The notes beneath the pieces were generated by a model. That model ran no database searches. It was not told the DNA's origin and saw only the letters and a program-made list of their open reading frames with translations. This document shows positions 1 to 13,020 of a stretch of 64,000 bases of DNA, in pieces. Every line of letters begins with the position of its first letter. Positions within the stretch are counted from its first letter, which is position 1. The DNA is from Octopus vulgaris (taxonomy: Eukaryota): contig OX597838.1 of the NCBI GenBank assembly GCA_951406725.2, positions 4,650,001 to 4,714,000 of the forward strand, in the 5' to 3' direction. The position numbers and the translations under genes were made by a program.

Positions 1-134
1 AAGTCTATTTATTTATCTTCTATTAAAATATTAAAACGATATTTTGTAGCCGGCAGCCATGTTTTCACTTGATGATGCCTGCGAGCTTAAAACACTTTTT
101 CTTTTTTTGTAATCTTCGGTTTCGAAATATAAGT

Positions 135-135
135 G

Positions 136-188
<53 letters not shown>

Positions 189-208
189 CATCATCATCAT
201 CATCATCA

Positions 209-241
<33 letters not shown>

Positions 242-247
242 TTATTA

Positions 248-329
<82 letters not shown>

Positions 330-364
330 TATTATTATTATTATTATTATCATCATCATCATCA

Positions 365-413
<49 letters not shown>

Positions 414-424
414 CATCATCATCA

Positions 425-455
<31 letters not shown>

Positions 456-529
456 CATTATTATTATTATCATTATCATCATCATCATCATCATCATTAT
501 CATCATTATTATTATTATTATTATTATCA

Positions 530-584
<55 letters not shown>

Positions 585-589
585 CATCA

Positions 590-623
<34 letters not shown>

Positions 624-652
624 CATTATTATTATTATTATCATCATCATCA

Positions 653-713
<61 letters not shown>

Positions 714-784
714 CATCATCATCATTATTATTATTATTATTATTATTATCATTATTATTATTATCATTATCATTATCATCATCA

Positions 785-833
<49 letters not shown>

Positions 834-844
834 CATCATCATCA

Positions 845-875
<31 letters not shown>

Positions 876-949
876 CATTATTATTATTATCATTATCATC
901 ATCATCATCATCATCATTATCATCATTATTATTATTATTATTATTATCA

Positions 950-1004
<55 letters not shown>

Positions 1005-1009
1005 CATCA

Positions 1010-1043
<34 letters not shown>

Positions 1044-1072
1044 CATTATTATTATTATTATCATCATCATCA

Positions 1073-1133
<61 letters not shown>

Positions 1134-1249
1134 CATCATCATCATTATTATTATTATTATTATTATTATCATTATTATTATTATCATTATCATTATCATC
1201 ATCATCATCATCATCATTATCATCATTATTATTATTATTATTATTATTA

Positions 1250-1283
<34 letters not shown>

Positions 1284-1291
1284 CATCATCA

Positions 1292-1322
<31 letters not shown>

Positions 1323-1362
1323 CATTATTATTATTATCATTATCATCATCATCATCATCATC

Positions 1363-1394
<32 letters not shown>

Positions 1395-1396
1395 TA

Positions 1397-1454
<58 letters not shown>

Positions 1455-1535
1455 TATTATTACCAATATTATTATTGTTGTTGTTGTTGTTGTTGTTGTT
1501 ATCGTCATCGTCGTCGTCGTCGTCGTTGTTGTTGG
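135..1535. repeat. Compound (ATT/ATC)n microsatellite ending in (GTT/GTC)n, with an exact 420-bp higher-order duplication
   Basis: Pure ATT/ATC triplets; sequence 361-780 is repeated at 781-1200. Source of the poly-Y/H/I ORFs. Confidence 0.95.
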
Positions 1536-1858
1536 TCTATAGACACGTATTGCACATCGCTCCCGTTAGTTTTGTTGTTATTCATATTGTTACACAAAGT
1601 TATATATTGAACGTTTGTTATCGTTATATAGATAAATAAACTAGGAATGTAGGTGGCTGGTAAAAGCTTCCCCATCTGTAGCCCTTAGGGGCTAAATAGG
1701 GGTTTGTTTAGTAAACGCGCCTCTTGATTTTTATTTTTTGTTTTAAAAAAACAAAGATGGTGGATGAGGATCGTTAGTCCGCTGAAAACAACAGCCAGTT
1801 ATCCGCAGAACAGAGCAATCAAATTGTAAACGCCACTTGAAGGATCTGCAACAACAGT

Positions 1859-2225
1859 GGAGGCGCAATGGCCCAGTGGTTAGGGCAGCGGGCTCGCGGT
1901 CGGAGGATCGCGGTTTCGATTCCCAGACCGGGCGTTGTGTGTGTTTATTGAGCGAAAACACCTAAAGCTCCACGAGGCTCCGGTAGGGGGTGGTGGCGAC
2001 CCCTGTTGTACTCTTTCGCTCCAACTTTCTCTCTCACTCTTTCTTCCTGTTTCTTGTCCCCGACTTCCTACGCAACCGCTGAGCCTGGATGTGCATTCAT
2101 CCATCCTTCGATGCTCTCGATGTCGAGTGTTGACCTGCTTTCTCTTCTGCGGGTCTTACGAATAGCAAAGGACCACGTTTCGGACTTCTCCCATCTTGCG
2201 AGCTCTGGGACGAAGACTGTTCACT
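1859..2225 (+). mobile_element. tRNA-derived SINE, family A (tail type 4)
   Basis: Head GGAGGCGCAATGGCCCAGTGGTTAGGGCAGCGG...GGTTTCGATTCCC (Pol III A/B-box-like), same body as copies at 17565, 60030, 62276; distinct 3' segment, followed by (CAG/CAA)n. 3' end approximate. Confidence 0.8.
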
Positions 2226-2749
2226 CAGCAGCAACAGCAACAGCGGCAACAGCGGCAACAACAAAACAGCAACAACAATGGCAACACAGCCCGGAAAATG
2301 CATGAAAGCAAATTTCCGCTGCTAGAAATTTCAGCAGGAACCATGAATAAGTTCCATGACAACAAAAAAGCGGCAGCAATACTAGCAAGGAGACTTTCAC
2401 CTGCACCACTATCGCCTGTTGCAACAGCAAACCCACGACAACTAACGTCATTAACGAATAAAATAAGAACAAAATAAAATGCGCCATGAAAATCTGCTGT
2501 TAGCGATCACGTCGACGCAACACAACAAATAAGTGAAGACATTTTTTAATAAACGAAAATGAATGTAAGATGGCAAAATGTATGTTGGAGAAACGTGGAC
2601 GAACTGAGGCACTGACTGTCTCTAGATCTGTGCAACAAGAATCTAATTTGCGGACACTTCTAAACGAAACTATTAGAACAAGAAGTAGAAGAATAGAGAA
2701 AGGAACACAGCAACAGATAGAGAAATGTATGCGGCCAATTTAGAAGAGC

Positions 2750-2824
2750 ATGTGTGTGTGCGTATGGTTGTGTATTTGTGTTTGTGTATGTGTACATATG
2801 TCTGTGCATGAATATGTGTGTGTT

Positions 2825-2873
<49 letters not shown>

Positions 2874-3155
2874 GTGTGTGTGTGTGTGTCTCTGTGTGTG
2901 TGTGTGTGTGTGTGTCTGTGTCTGTGTGTGTCTGAGTGTGTGTGCGTAAGTTTGTGTGTGTATTTGTGTTTGTTCGTGTATGCTGAAGTGTATGTATGTG
3001 TATATGTCTGTGTATGACTATGTGTATGTGTGTGTGTATATATATATATATATGCGTGTGTGTATGTGTGTGATTTTGTGTATATATATGTGTGTTCTAA
3101 TGTGTGCGTGCTACGTTTGTGTGTATCTGTGCTTTTGTATGTGTGTGTATGCGCG
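2750..3155. repeat. (TG)n/(TA)n compound microsatellite
   Basis: Direct inspection; representative of dozens of similar tracts across the window. Confidence 0.9.
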
Positions 3156-3631
3156 TGCGAGCAAAATTTAGAAAATTGAAAAAAAACAAAGAAAACCAAA
3201 AAAATCAAACAAGCAAACAAAAAGAAAAACTCGAAATAGGTATTTCTTGGAACCTTAGAAGTAAAATTCTAAACATTTTTGCTTGGAGTGCAACGCCATC
3301 GAATTCAATAAAAACCATTTAGTTGCTCTCTAAAGATTTCTGACACATGACTTCCTAAAATTGGTACAAGACGACGGCGATTCCATAATAGAGAGAGACG
3401 GGGGGAGAGAAGGCAGCAAGTGGGGGGTAGAGTCGATTGATTCAAATATAATAGAGTTTCTCTTATTTTATTCTATTCAACAATACTTATTGTTCCCGGA
3501 CAATGGAAATTCAATGCAATCAACATCGCAGCTCAAAAGCTATTCCAGTGTGGTACTTAAACCTTGCACCTTGGCATACGGGTGCGTCGCATAGGGTAAT
3601 ATTTCAGGTCGATATTTAAGTACGTACGTCG

Positions 3632-3676
<45 letters not shown>

Positions 3677-3792
3677 CATATACATATATATAAATACATA
3701 ACATAACAAAAGAATGAGACCTCGATATTGGAGAAATAGAGGATTATTCATATATGCTATAAATTAGAACGAACAGTAACAGGTTGTTGTTG

Positions 3793-3849
3793 TAGTACTC
3801 GGAGTTTCAAATGCAGGAGCGAAGAGCTACGATACATTCTCGTCGGCTA
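3793..3849 (-). ncRNA. Type I hammerhead-ribozyme-like motif (U4C-mutated core)
   Basis: Minus strand: UAG CCGACGA GAAUGUA..UGCAUUU GAAA CU CCG AG UA CUA = stem I 3 bp, core, 7-bp stem II, stem III, GUA site; lies between (TA)n tracts. Confidence 0.55.
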
Positions 3850-4029
3850 TTAATGGCAAAAGACGCTACGGAAAACCGTACGAAATATAAGGGAAGTTAC
3901 TCTAATACGTGGAAATCAGAAGAAAGATAAAAATATAAAAAATATATATATAAATATATATATATATAAATATACACACAACCATATTTCTCACAATACA
4001 TAGATGTAAACCTCCTGCGTATATATATG

Positions 4030-4109
<80 letters not shown>

Positions 4110-4111
4110 AT

Positions 4112-4312
4112 TGCAGCGTGGAAGGTGTTTGTAAGCCATTTAAGAAACACACAAATGCCGTTCGATTCACTTCAACATTTAAGTTTAATTTGTCAAAATA
4201 TTTTCGTCGCTAAAATCCGCGACCTGTTCACTGACAAAAATCCGTGCTGCATCTTTGTTTTCGTTTCAGCACACGATCTCAGATCAAATCACTTGCTATA
4301 CGAGTACATCTC
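4112..4312. mobile_element. Short Penelope-like-derived element in (TA)n; paralogue of 58330-58528
   Basis: 4112-4251 is the reverse complement of 58330-58469; 4255-4312 matches 58471-58528 in direct orientation; flanked by (TA)n. Confidence 0.7.
4189..4238 (-). ncRNA. Minimal hammerhead-like motif with G3-C8 core variant
   Basis: Minus strand: UUUGUCA GUGAACA G GUCGC GGAUUUUA GCGAC GAAA AUAU UU UGACAAA. Confidence 0.6.
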
Positions 4313-4313
4313 T

Positions 4314-4357
<44 letters not shown>

Positions 4358-6490
4358 TTCTGTTTGTTATGGAAGTGTGCTCGGGTGTTGTGATTTAACT
4401 ATGGAACAAAACTGACGGCAGAAATATTCAGTATAATGAATAAAACCTCATTAGCCTTAACATCTTAACATCTTCTGTAGTTAAGACAGGCGTTCGACCG
4501 TTGGACCGACGTAATCCTTAAAAGTTCCATATCTATTTTAGGAATATTAATTCAAACTAGCGTAAATTCTACGTTGTTGACATCATAAGAGAAAACTTTC
4601 GAGAAAACGTGAAATAATTCTTTTTTTTTGGGAAGGGTAAATTCGAGGCACATCGCAAAAATCTATACATAATAGCATGTGAATACTGTTTTGGAAACCA
4701 ATTTTCGATATTTGTATGCTATTGTTTAAAGCTGTATGTAATGTGCCGCCAGATACAATATTCCAGAAAAGAAAAAGGAATTATGTAACGTTCTTTCAAA
4801 AGTTTATAAAATTTTTATATCGTCACTAGACATAAATAGTCAATATTTATTATAAATGGAAATTCTACGGGTTCCAATAAATAATAAACCAGTTAACTAA
4901 TAGTTTTCGATAATTTGCATTTTTAAAACCAAAATTCTAAACATTTAAGAAACGTCTTTCCATTCCAAGTGCATCACTAAGTATTTGTTTGATTTGATTT
5001 TCTGTGCCCACGTTGTTAAATTGTTTGAGTACCACGGCTTCAGAGATGTGAAACTAAATAACAACGATCAAAGTACTTTTGACGTAAAACACTACAATCC
5101 GAAGAAACTTAGAATGGTCAGTGCTAAACAAACCGTAATTAATGAACATTCATAAGATGGAATAAATTGTTTTAGCCTGAGGAACAGGATAAGATTAGAT
5201 GCTAATCTATTTACTTTCGGATTATCAAAATGAATAAACAAATAAAATATAAATTTAAAGCGAGTAATAAACGCACCATTCTTAGCCGGAGGCTTGGTTC
5301 TGTTTGGAACTTTAGGACTTATTCTTCACAACATAAACATTTGCACAACTTTTCACTTTTAATGTATTTTCCAGCATACATGTCGGAATTTTGAGACCAA
5401 AAATTTACAACTCCGCAAAATAGATAAACTTATACATCAAGACCGAACATTCTGTGTGAAATGCAGCAGAATTTGGAAAAACAGGGACAAAGTTTCAATG
5501 TTTACACTTCATGTTTACGCTGTATGTATACATTATATTCTACGTCAGCTTCTGTGCCGGAAATACGGTAATGAGAAGGTAAAAATTGGATACATGATCC
5601 GTTATGAGATTTCTCAGAGAGAAAGAGGGACGTGTCCTCGAACCGGAAACTCAACCCGAACAGTTGCAGCAGAGAGGAAGCTGGTAAAGCCACCCTTGAT
5701 ACAAAATGAGGGTGTAAAAGCGGGTGACAAGTTGAAGTCGACCAACACATTAAGGTCATGGTGAGATTTAAGCTGAGAACTCAAAGAGCCGGAATAAGAG
5801 CCACAAGGCGTTTGGTTCGATGAATAAAACGTTGTCAAAGACCAAGAGCAAATTTCTCTCATCTTTTATGTTCAGGGCAAACAAATATATTCTTTCTTTT
5901 TCCTTTTACTTCTTTCGGTCATTTGATTGCGGCCATATATAAGACTCTCTCGTTGCTGACACGTGACGAAGGAGAATCTATCTTTCTGACCACTACCTGC
6001 GTAAAGACATCAACGTGCTTATACTGTCTCCTTCATAAGCTCGTCTTCCTAGCGTTCACAATAATGTTTCTATCGTCTTGGCTTAACAGCCCTCACCGTT
6101 TGTTTTTGCTGTCTTGTTCTCACTGTCCTGTTCTTGTTACCACTTTCACCCTCCGCAAGAAATCGCAAATTTTATATAATTTACTTTACGGGAAGGACTG
6201 TTTCAACGAAGTCGCGTCTTGTCCTTACCTTCGGCACGCGGAGTAGATGAAACATGGACAACTGAAGAAGGGGAATATTCTTTATGTTGTATGTCTCGTT
6301 TCTCTGTTTGTTTTTTGTTGTTGTTCGAAAAAAGTTCGTTTCTATGTTTTCGTTTCTCATTGTGTTCAATGCTTTTTTTGTGATGTCCTGTACCCACACA
6401 TGCATGTATGTATACATATATATGTAGGTATGTACATATATGTATGTATATATGCATCTATTTATATATTATTTATATTATCTATATCTA

Positions 6491-6607
<117 letters not shown>

Positions 6608-7167
6608 GTAAAGAAAATGGAGAAAGATTGAGATAGAGAGAGAAGACAGAAAGCGGGGGTGATATTTCCAGTTACTTTATTTGAACTTTTTACAACATTC
6701 TCAAACACGAATAAAGATATATAGTCAGTGTTGTGTTATGTTTCCAAACCAACTAACACACAATACACAGGATGATATAATTCACGTAGTAACAATCATT
6801 TCAAATGCTTTCTTAGCTTGGTATTTCTTCTTCTTTGTTTTTTTTTTTGTTTTTTTCGTCTATCAACAGATTCGGTTCTATTCAGTACATAACCAGTGTC
6901 TGTGACGTTTAAGAAAAAAAAAACCCAAACAAATCTTACGAAAATTGCTCTTAAATTTACATAGAAATCAACGGTTTTATGATGGAATATAGCAACTACA
7001 ACATCCAGCACATTGCAATATACCAGTTATTTTTTTTTTATATTTTAAACTCGATCTCTCTGAAGATTCCTGAATTTTATTACATAAATTTGTATTATAT
7101 CATTTCAGAGACGTAGAAGCTTCGGCGTACAACCCGACAGCATAGACACATGCATACGTATACATAC

Positions 7168-7225
<58 letters not shown>

Positions 7226-7238
7226 TACACACATATAT

Positions 7239-7294
<56 letters not shown>

Positions 7295-7607
7295 GTATAT
7301 ATGTATATATATATATATATATATATTTACATACATACACACACATATATATATACGTCAGATATGTGCAGATGGTGGATGATTAGATATATATCTAAAT
7401 CGATGTCTATCCGTATATTTATTATTTATTTATTTATCTAGGCACTTGTACTTATATATTATCAAAGCAATTACTAATTTATATATGTATCTATAAGTAC
7501 GTATTAATATTCGTAAGGACAGTTGTAAATATGTCAACGAATAGATGTATACAGGAAATTGCGTATAAGCGTGTCTGTGTGCATGTGTGCATGTGTATAT
7601 ATATATG

Positions 7608-7682
<75 letters not shown>

Positions 7683-7805
7683 CCATATATGTATATATGT
7701 ATATGTATATGTATATATTTATATATATTCACATGCATATATATACATATATATATATATACATGCATATACATGTGTATATATTTGTATGTGTAGATAT
7801 ATATG

Positions 7806-7839
<34 letters not shown>

Positions 7840-8099
7840 TATATACATATACATATTTATTTATAACTATGCATATATATATGCGTAAATTTATATGAAT
7901 ATTTATAAATAAATATATACATATGTATATATGTATATATATATATGTTTATATATATGTATATACGTTTATGTATATATATATATATATTATACATACA
8001 TAAACACACGCACGCACTAATAGCAGTATAGAGATTTATCTCAATATACATTCAATATGCATTGAATTTGTGTATTCACATAGATACATACATACACAC

Positions 8100-8214
<115 letters not shown>

Positions 8215-8561
8215 TATATATAAATAAATATATATATATTATATATATATATATATATACATAAACATCCATACACGTCTGTGTGTGTGTGTGTTGGTTT
8301 GTTTGTTTTCTCTTTCGTTCTACTTCGTAGCGTCTTATTGCTGCAACTCGTATCACTTAACTACTCACCATGTCTGATGGTGTTGATACAGAATGTTCTC
8401 GTAAAACATCTTTGCATCATTCTCTCTCTGTTATCTTCGACATTTCTCATCCATAAATGATTATACCACACAGCAGCCGTTCTATAAACTTCATCGCTTT
8501 GCGTTCCACTGGTGATTCTCTTCGTTCTGATATTTATTCCCACTAAACGTTATAAATATAT

Positions 8562-8903
8562 GTGGGGGCGCAATGGCCCAGTGCGAGGATCGCGGTTTCG
8601 ATTCCCATACCGGGCTGTGTGAGTGTTTATTGAATGAAAATACGTAAAACTCGATAGAGATCTGGCAGGGAGTAGTGGCTGTACTCCTTTTCGCTCTCTT
8701 TCTTCCTCTTTCTGTTGTATATGTATTTCAAAGGGGCCAGCCTTGTCACACTCTGTGTCACGGTGAATCTCCCCGAGAACTTCGTTAAGGGTAAACGTGT
8801 CTGTGGAGCGCTCAGCCACTCGCACGTTAATTTCATGAGCAGGCTGTTCCGTTGATCAGATGATATAGAACCCTTGTCGTCGTAACCGACGGAGTGCCAC
8901 GAG
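8562..8903 (+). mobile_element. SINE family A (tail type 1), internally deleted
   Basis: GGCGCAATGGCCCAGTG head, tail AAAGGGGCCAGCCTTGTCACAC...GTCGTCGTAACCGACGGAGTGCCA as at 17565; AAATATAT on both flanks (probable TSD). Confidence 0.85.
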
Positions 8904-9054
8904 AAATATATAAGCAAAATTACTTCCTAATCATAAGGTCTTATGTTCAGTCTCGCTACGCGGTACCTTGGGTGAGGATGTGATACAGTAGCCCAGACTC
9001 GACCAAATTCCTGAGAATAGAAACGGAAAGAAACTCGTCGTTATATACCTGTAT

Positions 9055-9468
9055 ATCTTTTATCTTTTGCTTGTTTCAGTCATTAGACTGCGTTCATACT
9101 GGGGCAACGTTTTGAAGAATTTTTAGTCGAATGAATCGACCCCAGTATCTAGCTTCTTTCTCTAGCATAGTACTTATTCTATCAATTCTTTTGCCGAATC
9201 GCTAAGTTACAGGGATGTAAACAGACGTGTACAGTTTGTCAAGCGATAGTGGGCAGTGACAACACAGACACAAACACACGCACTCACACACAAAGGCACA
9301 CACCATATATGGTGAGTTTCTTTCAGTTTCCATCAACCATATCCACCCACAAAGCTTTGGCCGGCTCAAAGCAATAGTAGAAGACACTTGCCCAAGGTGC
9401 TATGCAGTAGGTCTGAACACGGAACCCTGTGGTTAGGAACTAAGCTTCTTGCACAGCCACGCTTGCGC
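9055..9468 (-). mobile_element. SINE family B, diverged full-length copy
   Basis: Reverse complement of 13314-13723 (GAAGACACTTGCCCAAGGTG, CTTGTTTCAGTCATT). A more degenerate + strand head precedes it at ~8920-9040. Confidence 0.85.
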
Positions 9469-9501
9469 ATAGACACCGATGAACACACACACACACACAC
9501 A

Positions 9502-9532
<31 letters not shown>

Positions 9533-9884
9533 CTGCAAGCACGCACACATATGATTGTTTCATCTGATCAGATGATAACCATTCCATCAACACACACACA
9601 CAATCATACATCATCACAAAGCGGAATCCATCCGTTGATAAACCCTCAAATGACTATTAAGACCGATTGCTGACTGACAGGTTTTAAAAGACAAATGACA
9701 GAAAATATTCATATTTCGTCTGCATCTTTGTTCTTTCGAATCTAATTCTGAAGGAATGATTTTGTGAACTAGCATGGTTTTTTAAGTCCAGATAGTCTTT
9801 TAGAAGCTCTGCGACAAATGACACATGTTGTAAGATGCGGGTGACGGGGTTCAAGATTATTGCCGCTAAATCTACAGGTTTTCT

Positions 9885-10045
9885 TCATTCTCTCTCTGTT
9901 TATTTTCTCTTATTCCTTTCTGCTGAAGAGCGTAGGCTTGAAACGTAAAATACTTTTTTTCCTTTTCCCGAGCGTCAAACTAATAAACCTACTTATTGTT
10001 CATACACCTGTCTTCGTCTTTTATTTTTCTATAAATTTCAACTAT
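9885..10045 (+). mobile_element. Short Penelope-like-derived element with hammerhead-like motif at 9916-9950
   Basis: CUUU CUGCUGA A GAGC GUAG GCUU GAAAC GUA AAA; homologous to 48320-48460; ends ...TTCAAC(TA)n. Confidence 0.55.
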
Positions 10046-10055
10046 ATATACATAT

Positions 10056-10200
10056 ACGATGGCCTTTGTCAGTCCACGCCAAGCATCTACTCACAAGATT
10101 TTGGTCGCTCGAAAGTATAGCAGAAGACAACTGCGTCAGGTGCCGCTCACCGAGACTGAATCCAAGAATCAGGCGTTTTACTCATACATCCACGTCTGCA
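10056..10200 (-). mobile_element. SINE family B, degenerate 5' half
   Basis: ACTCACAAGATTTTGGTCG, GAAGACAACTGC similar to family B reverse complement. Confidence 0.6.
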
Positions 10201-10669
10201 CCGGTTGTCCGTGAGCTTTTTTTTAAATGTATGATTGAAATTATGACATTTCAATTTATCCTTTTGCTAATCTGATATCCCGCTTATTCACGATATCCAG
10301 CTAATGTGTCGTGCAGATAGCTTCTGTCTGATTAGTAATTACCTCAGTAAGTATCTATTTAAGGAGAGGCATAAATCTTCGTTTCTGCAAGAGTAGTTTA
10401 TCCGTTGGTTTGATAGATTTATTGCGATTATGCTTTTGATATTTGATGTACAGCTATAGCTTAATTTCAAATTATTCTACTAAATAGTTCTGTATAAGGA
10501 GAGTTGAGGGGAGGGGGGGTTATTTGATAAGCTGATCTATGAAATATTTAACTGCATTAGTTTTGACGTTTTATGGATATGGAGTGGTGAACCAAAGAGT
10601 TTTCCGACATATTTTTCTGTAAATCGGAGATAAAAATTTAGGGGCGTGATGGGGGTGCTTAACTCTACA

Positions 10670-11450
10670 TCCAACAACCCACCACTACTACCATTAACAC
10701 CACCACCATACCACCGCCACAACACCACTACCATCACATCAATGAACAACAACACCAGCATAATTGTGCTATCGCTACCACAACCACCACCACCACCACC
10801 ACCACCACCACCACCACAACCACCGTTAAAACCACCACCATCACCACTAAAATCACCACCACCACAACTACATCTGCCAGCACCATCACCACCACTTTCA
10901 CCACCACTCTCACTACCACCCTCACCAGTGCCCCCTCAGTCCTCACCCCCCCTGCCGCCACCACCGCCAGCACGACTTGCGAAAGCCTGTCTTTTGTAAC
11001 AGACCTTCCTAACAGGTTACCATTCTTTCTTTTTCTACACGTTGCAAGTCACAAAATAATGTCCAGCCTCTGTCTTCGCTGTCCGCCATGTGCGTTCACT
11101 CATGGCTCGATTGTTTTTTAGGAAATAGAATTATTAAAAACAAAATCAACGCCATCGTCTCCACCATCACAATCACCGTCACCATTACCATTATCATCAG
11201 CAGTACGGCTACTATCATCATCGTCACCATCGCAGTCTTACTTCCACCACCATAACCACCACCACCACCACCGCCAATACCACTACCACCATCACCACCT
11301 TCACCATCGCAGTATCCACTTCCATCGCTACAACTACTACCACCACCACCACCACCACCACCACCACCACCACCACCAAAACCTTCACCAACTACACCCC
11401 ACCCCACGCACACTACTTCCACCCCATCGCTACCCTGCCACTGCCACAAC
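10670..11450. repeat. Two (CCA/CAT)n low-complexity tracts (10670-10970, 11150-11450)
   Basis: Direct inspection; source of poly-Pro/Gly ORFs. Confidence 0.85.
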
Positions 11451-11799
11451 TGATAAATTAGACACCAGTCAAATACCACAATCGATTTGATCGATTAACC
11501 CCTACCCAACCTCAAATTCTTGACCTGTCTGTGTTAGAGACAATTATTGAAATGCCACATATAAATACCATATCTTTGAAATGCCAGTAAACGGTTTCAA
11601 ATCACATGGAAAGCTAGAGAACGCTTTTATCTATTTATTTATTTATTCATTATTCCATCCCCCCATTCATATTCTCTGCCCATTGTTCCTGGAAGTGGAT
11701 TCCTCGGGTAACTCTCTCTCGGTCGAAAGATTCTCAAAGCTACCAGCTTCCATATTAAACAGACAGAACATTATGTCCACCAAACGAAGTTATTCTTGG

Positions 11800-12010
11800 T
11801 TCTGGATACAAATAAATATCTTTTTTACGTCTTTACATGAATCGAAAAATTGGTGATACGAGCCTGGAAGGATTATTGTCTTTGACGCTTCGTGTGAGGC
11901 AGAAACAAATGTTTTGAATAAGATAATTTTGGCAAAGGGTTGTTTCAGTCAAGAAAAATACGGATATCAGTGGAATCATCCGGAATTGTTCACAAATGGC
12001 AAGATACCTC
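11800..12010 (+). mobile_element. Probable degenerate BEL/Pao LTR-retrotransposon RT fragment
   Basis: Translates FW..IF..H..K(*)..PGRIIVFDASCE...LNKIIL, resembling the BEL/Pao motif WYLP..HPKKPGKIRVVFDAS....SLN..L; stop and frameshifts present. Confidence 0.45.
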
Positions 12011-12039
12011 ATTCTGCTCTTACTATAAATATAGAAACT

Positions 12040-12280
12040 TACCGGCGTTGTCGTCGACTTTGTCTCTTAGCCGAGAATTTACCCCTTCTCTGCTGAAATA
12101 ATGGCGATTCCGTTGATGTCTCAGTAGACCAATTCTTGCATAGAGGAGTCTAAGGCACTGACTGCATGGTAACGTTCGTGGAGGACGAGGTTGATTTTGG
12201 CGAACCTTTCCCTCCAGTCGTTTGATTTCTTCCTTTTCTCTTCTGGTGGCTTCGAAGATTTTGGTCCCATCACCACCTAG
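12040..12280 (-). mobile_element. RTE-clade LINE 3' fragment
   Basis: GTKIFEATRREKEEIKR...PCSQCLRLLYARIGLLRHQRNRH matches the RTE ORF C-terminal basic region plus C2H2 finger (CxxC...ARIGLxSH). Confidence 0.75.
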
Positions 12281-12410
12281 TACGGCCTCATATATATGAG
12301 TAGAATAAAAGTCTATTTCATTTAGTTTGGTAGTCCTACCGGACGCCGCAATGGTTTCATGAGAACATGCCATCCATCACGGTCCCCCATGTAATTATCA
12401 ACGGGTGGAT

Positions 12411-12515
12411 ATGTAACACACTCACCGGTAAAATTTCCACTTATTTCTTATTTTTATTTTTATTTTCATTTTCCTAAAATAAGAAATAAGCGTAAATTTT
12501 ACCGGTGTGTTACAT
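12411..12515. repeat. Imperfect inverted repeat (foldback)
   Basis: ATGTAACACA..CACCGGTAAAATTT..CTTATTTCTTATTTT pairs with AAAATAAGAAATAAG..AAATTTTACCGGTGTGTTACAT. Confidence 0.85.
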
Positions 12516-12534
12516 TACAAGGCACAAAAAGAAA

Positions 12535-12550
12535 ATGACTCTCCCCAGAC

Positions 12551-12583
<33 letters not shown>

Positions 12584-12602
12584 CTGTTGTGTCTGGGGAG
12601 AG

Positions 12603-12606
<4 letters not shown>
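12535..12606. repeat. Perfect 22-bp inverted repeat around an (AT)n spacer
   Basis: ATGACTCTCCCCAGACACAACA (12535-12556) / TGTTGTGTCTGGGGAGAGTCAT (12585-12606). Confidence 0.9.
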
Positions 12607-12655
<49 letters not shown>

Positions 12656-12829
12656 GATGTATATATGCATACATACATATATGTGTATGTATGTAGGTGT
12701 GTAAATATTTATATAGACATGTGTAGATACATATATGCATATGCATATACACAGATGCGTGCTTCAGTGTGTTCGCAGTACAATGATTGAAGTTAGAGGA
12801 AATTAACTACATTAATTAATTAATTTCCC

Positions 12830-12960
12830 ATATTCCCCTGTCGTTACGTTCGAGTTCAAATTCCGCGAGTCGACTTTGCTTTCATCCTTTCGGGGTCGAT
12901 AAATTAGTCAGTTACGCATATGTAATCGACTTAATCCTTGTCTGTCCTTGTTTGTCCCCC
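12830..12960 (+). mobile_element. SINE family C fragment
   Basis: GAGTTCAAATTCCG..GTCGACTTTGCTTTCATCCTTTCGGGGTCGATAAATTA as in 40296. Confidence 0.8.
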
Positions 12961-13020
12961 CGTCGATAGCAACACCTTTGAACATATAATAGTTCAATTT
13001 TCTGAAAAGTTCTGATCGAG

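Noticed and set aside
69-1610. Long ORFs of 469-513 aa (poly-Y/H/I/M)
   Set aside because: Translations of an ATT/ATC microsatellite that lacks stops in some frames.
2196-2477. Gln-rich ORF ending ..RRLSPAPLSPVAT..
   Set aside because: Starts inside a SINE and (CAG/CAA)n; no recognisable domain or splice support. An exon cannot be fully excluded.
6255-6300. CTGAAGAAGGGG hammerhead-like start
   Set aside because: No properly placed stem II closure and GAAA.
10646-10999. Proline-rich, extensin/formin-like ORF
   Set aside because: Explained by (CCA)n low complexity.
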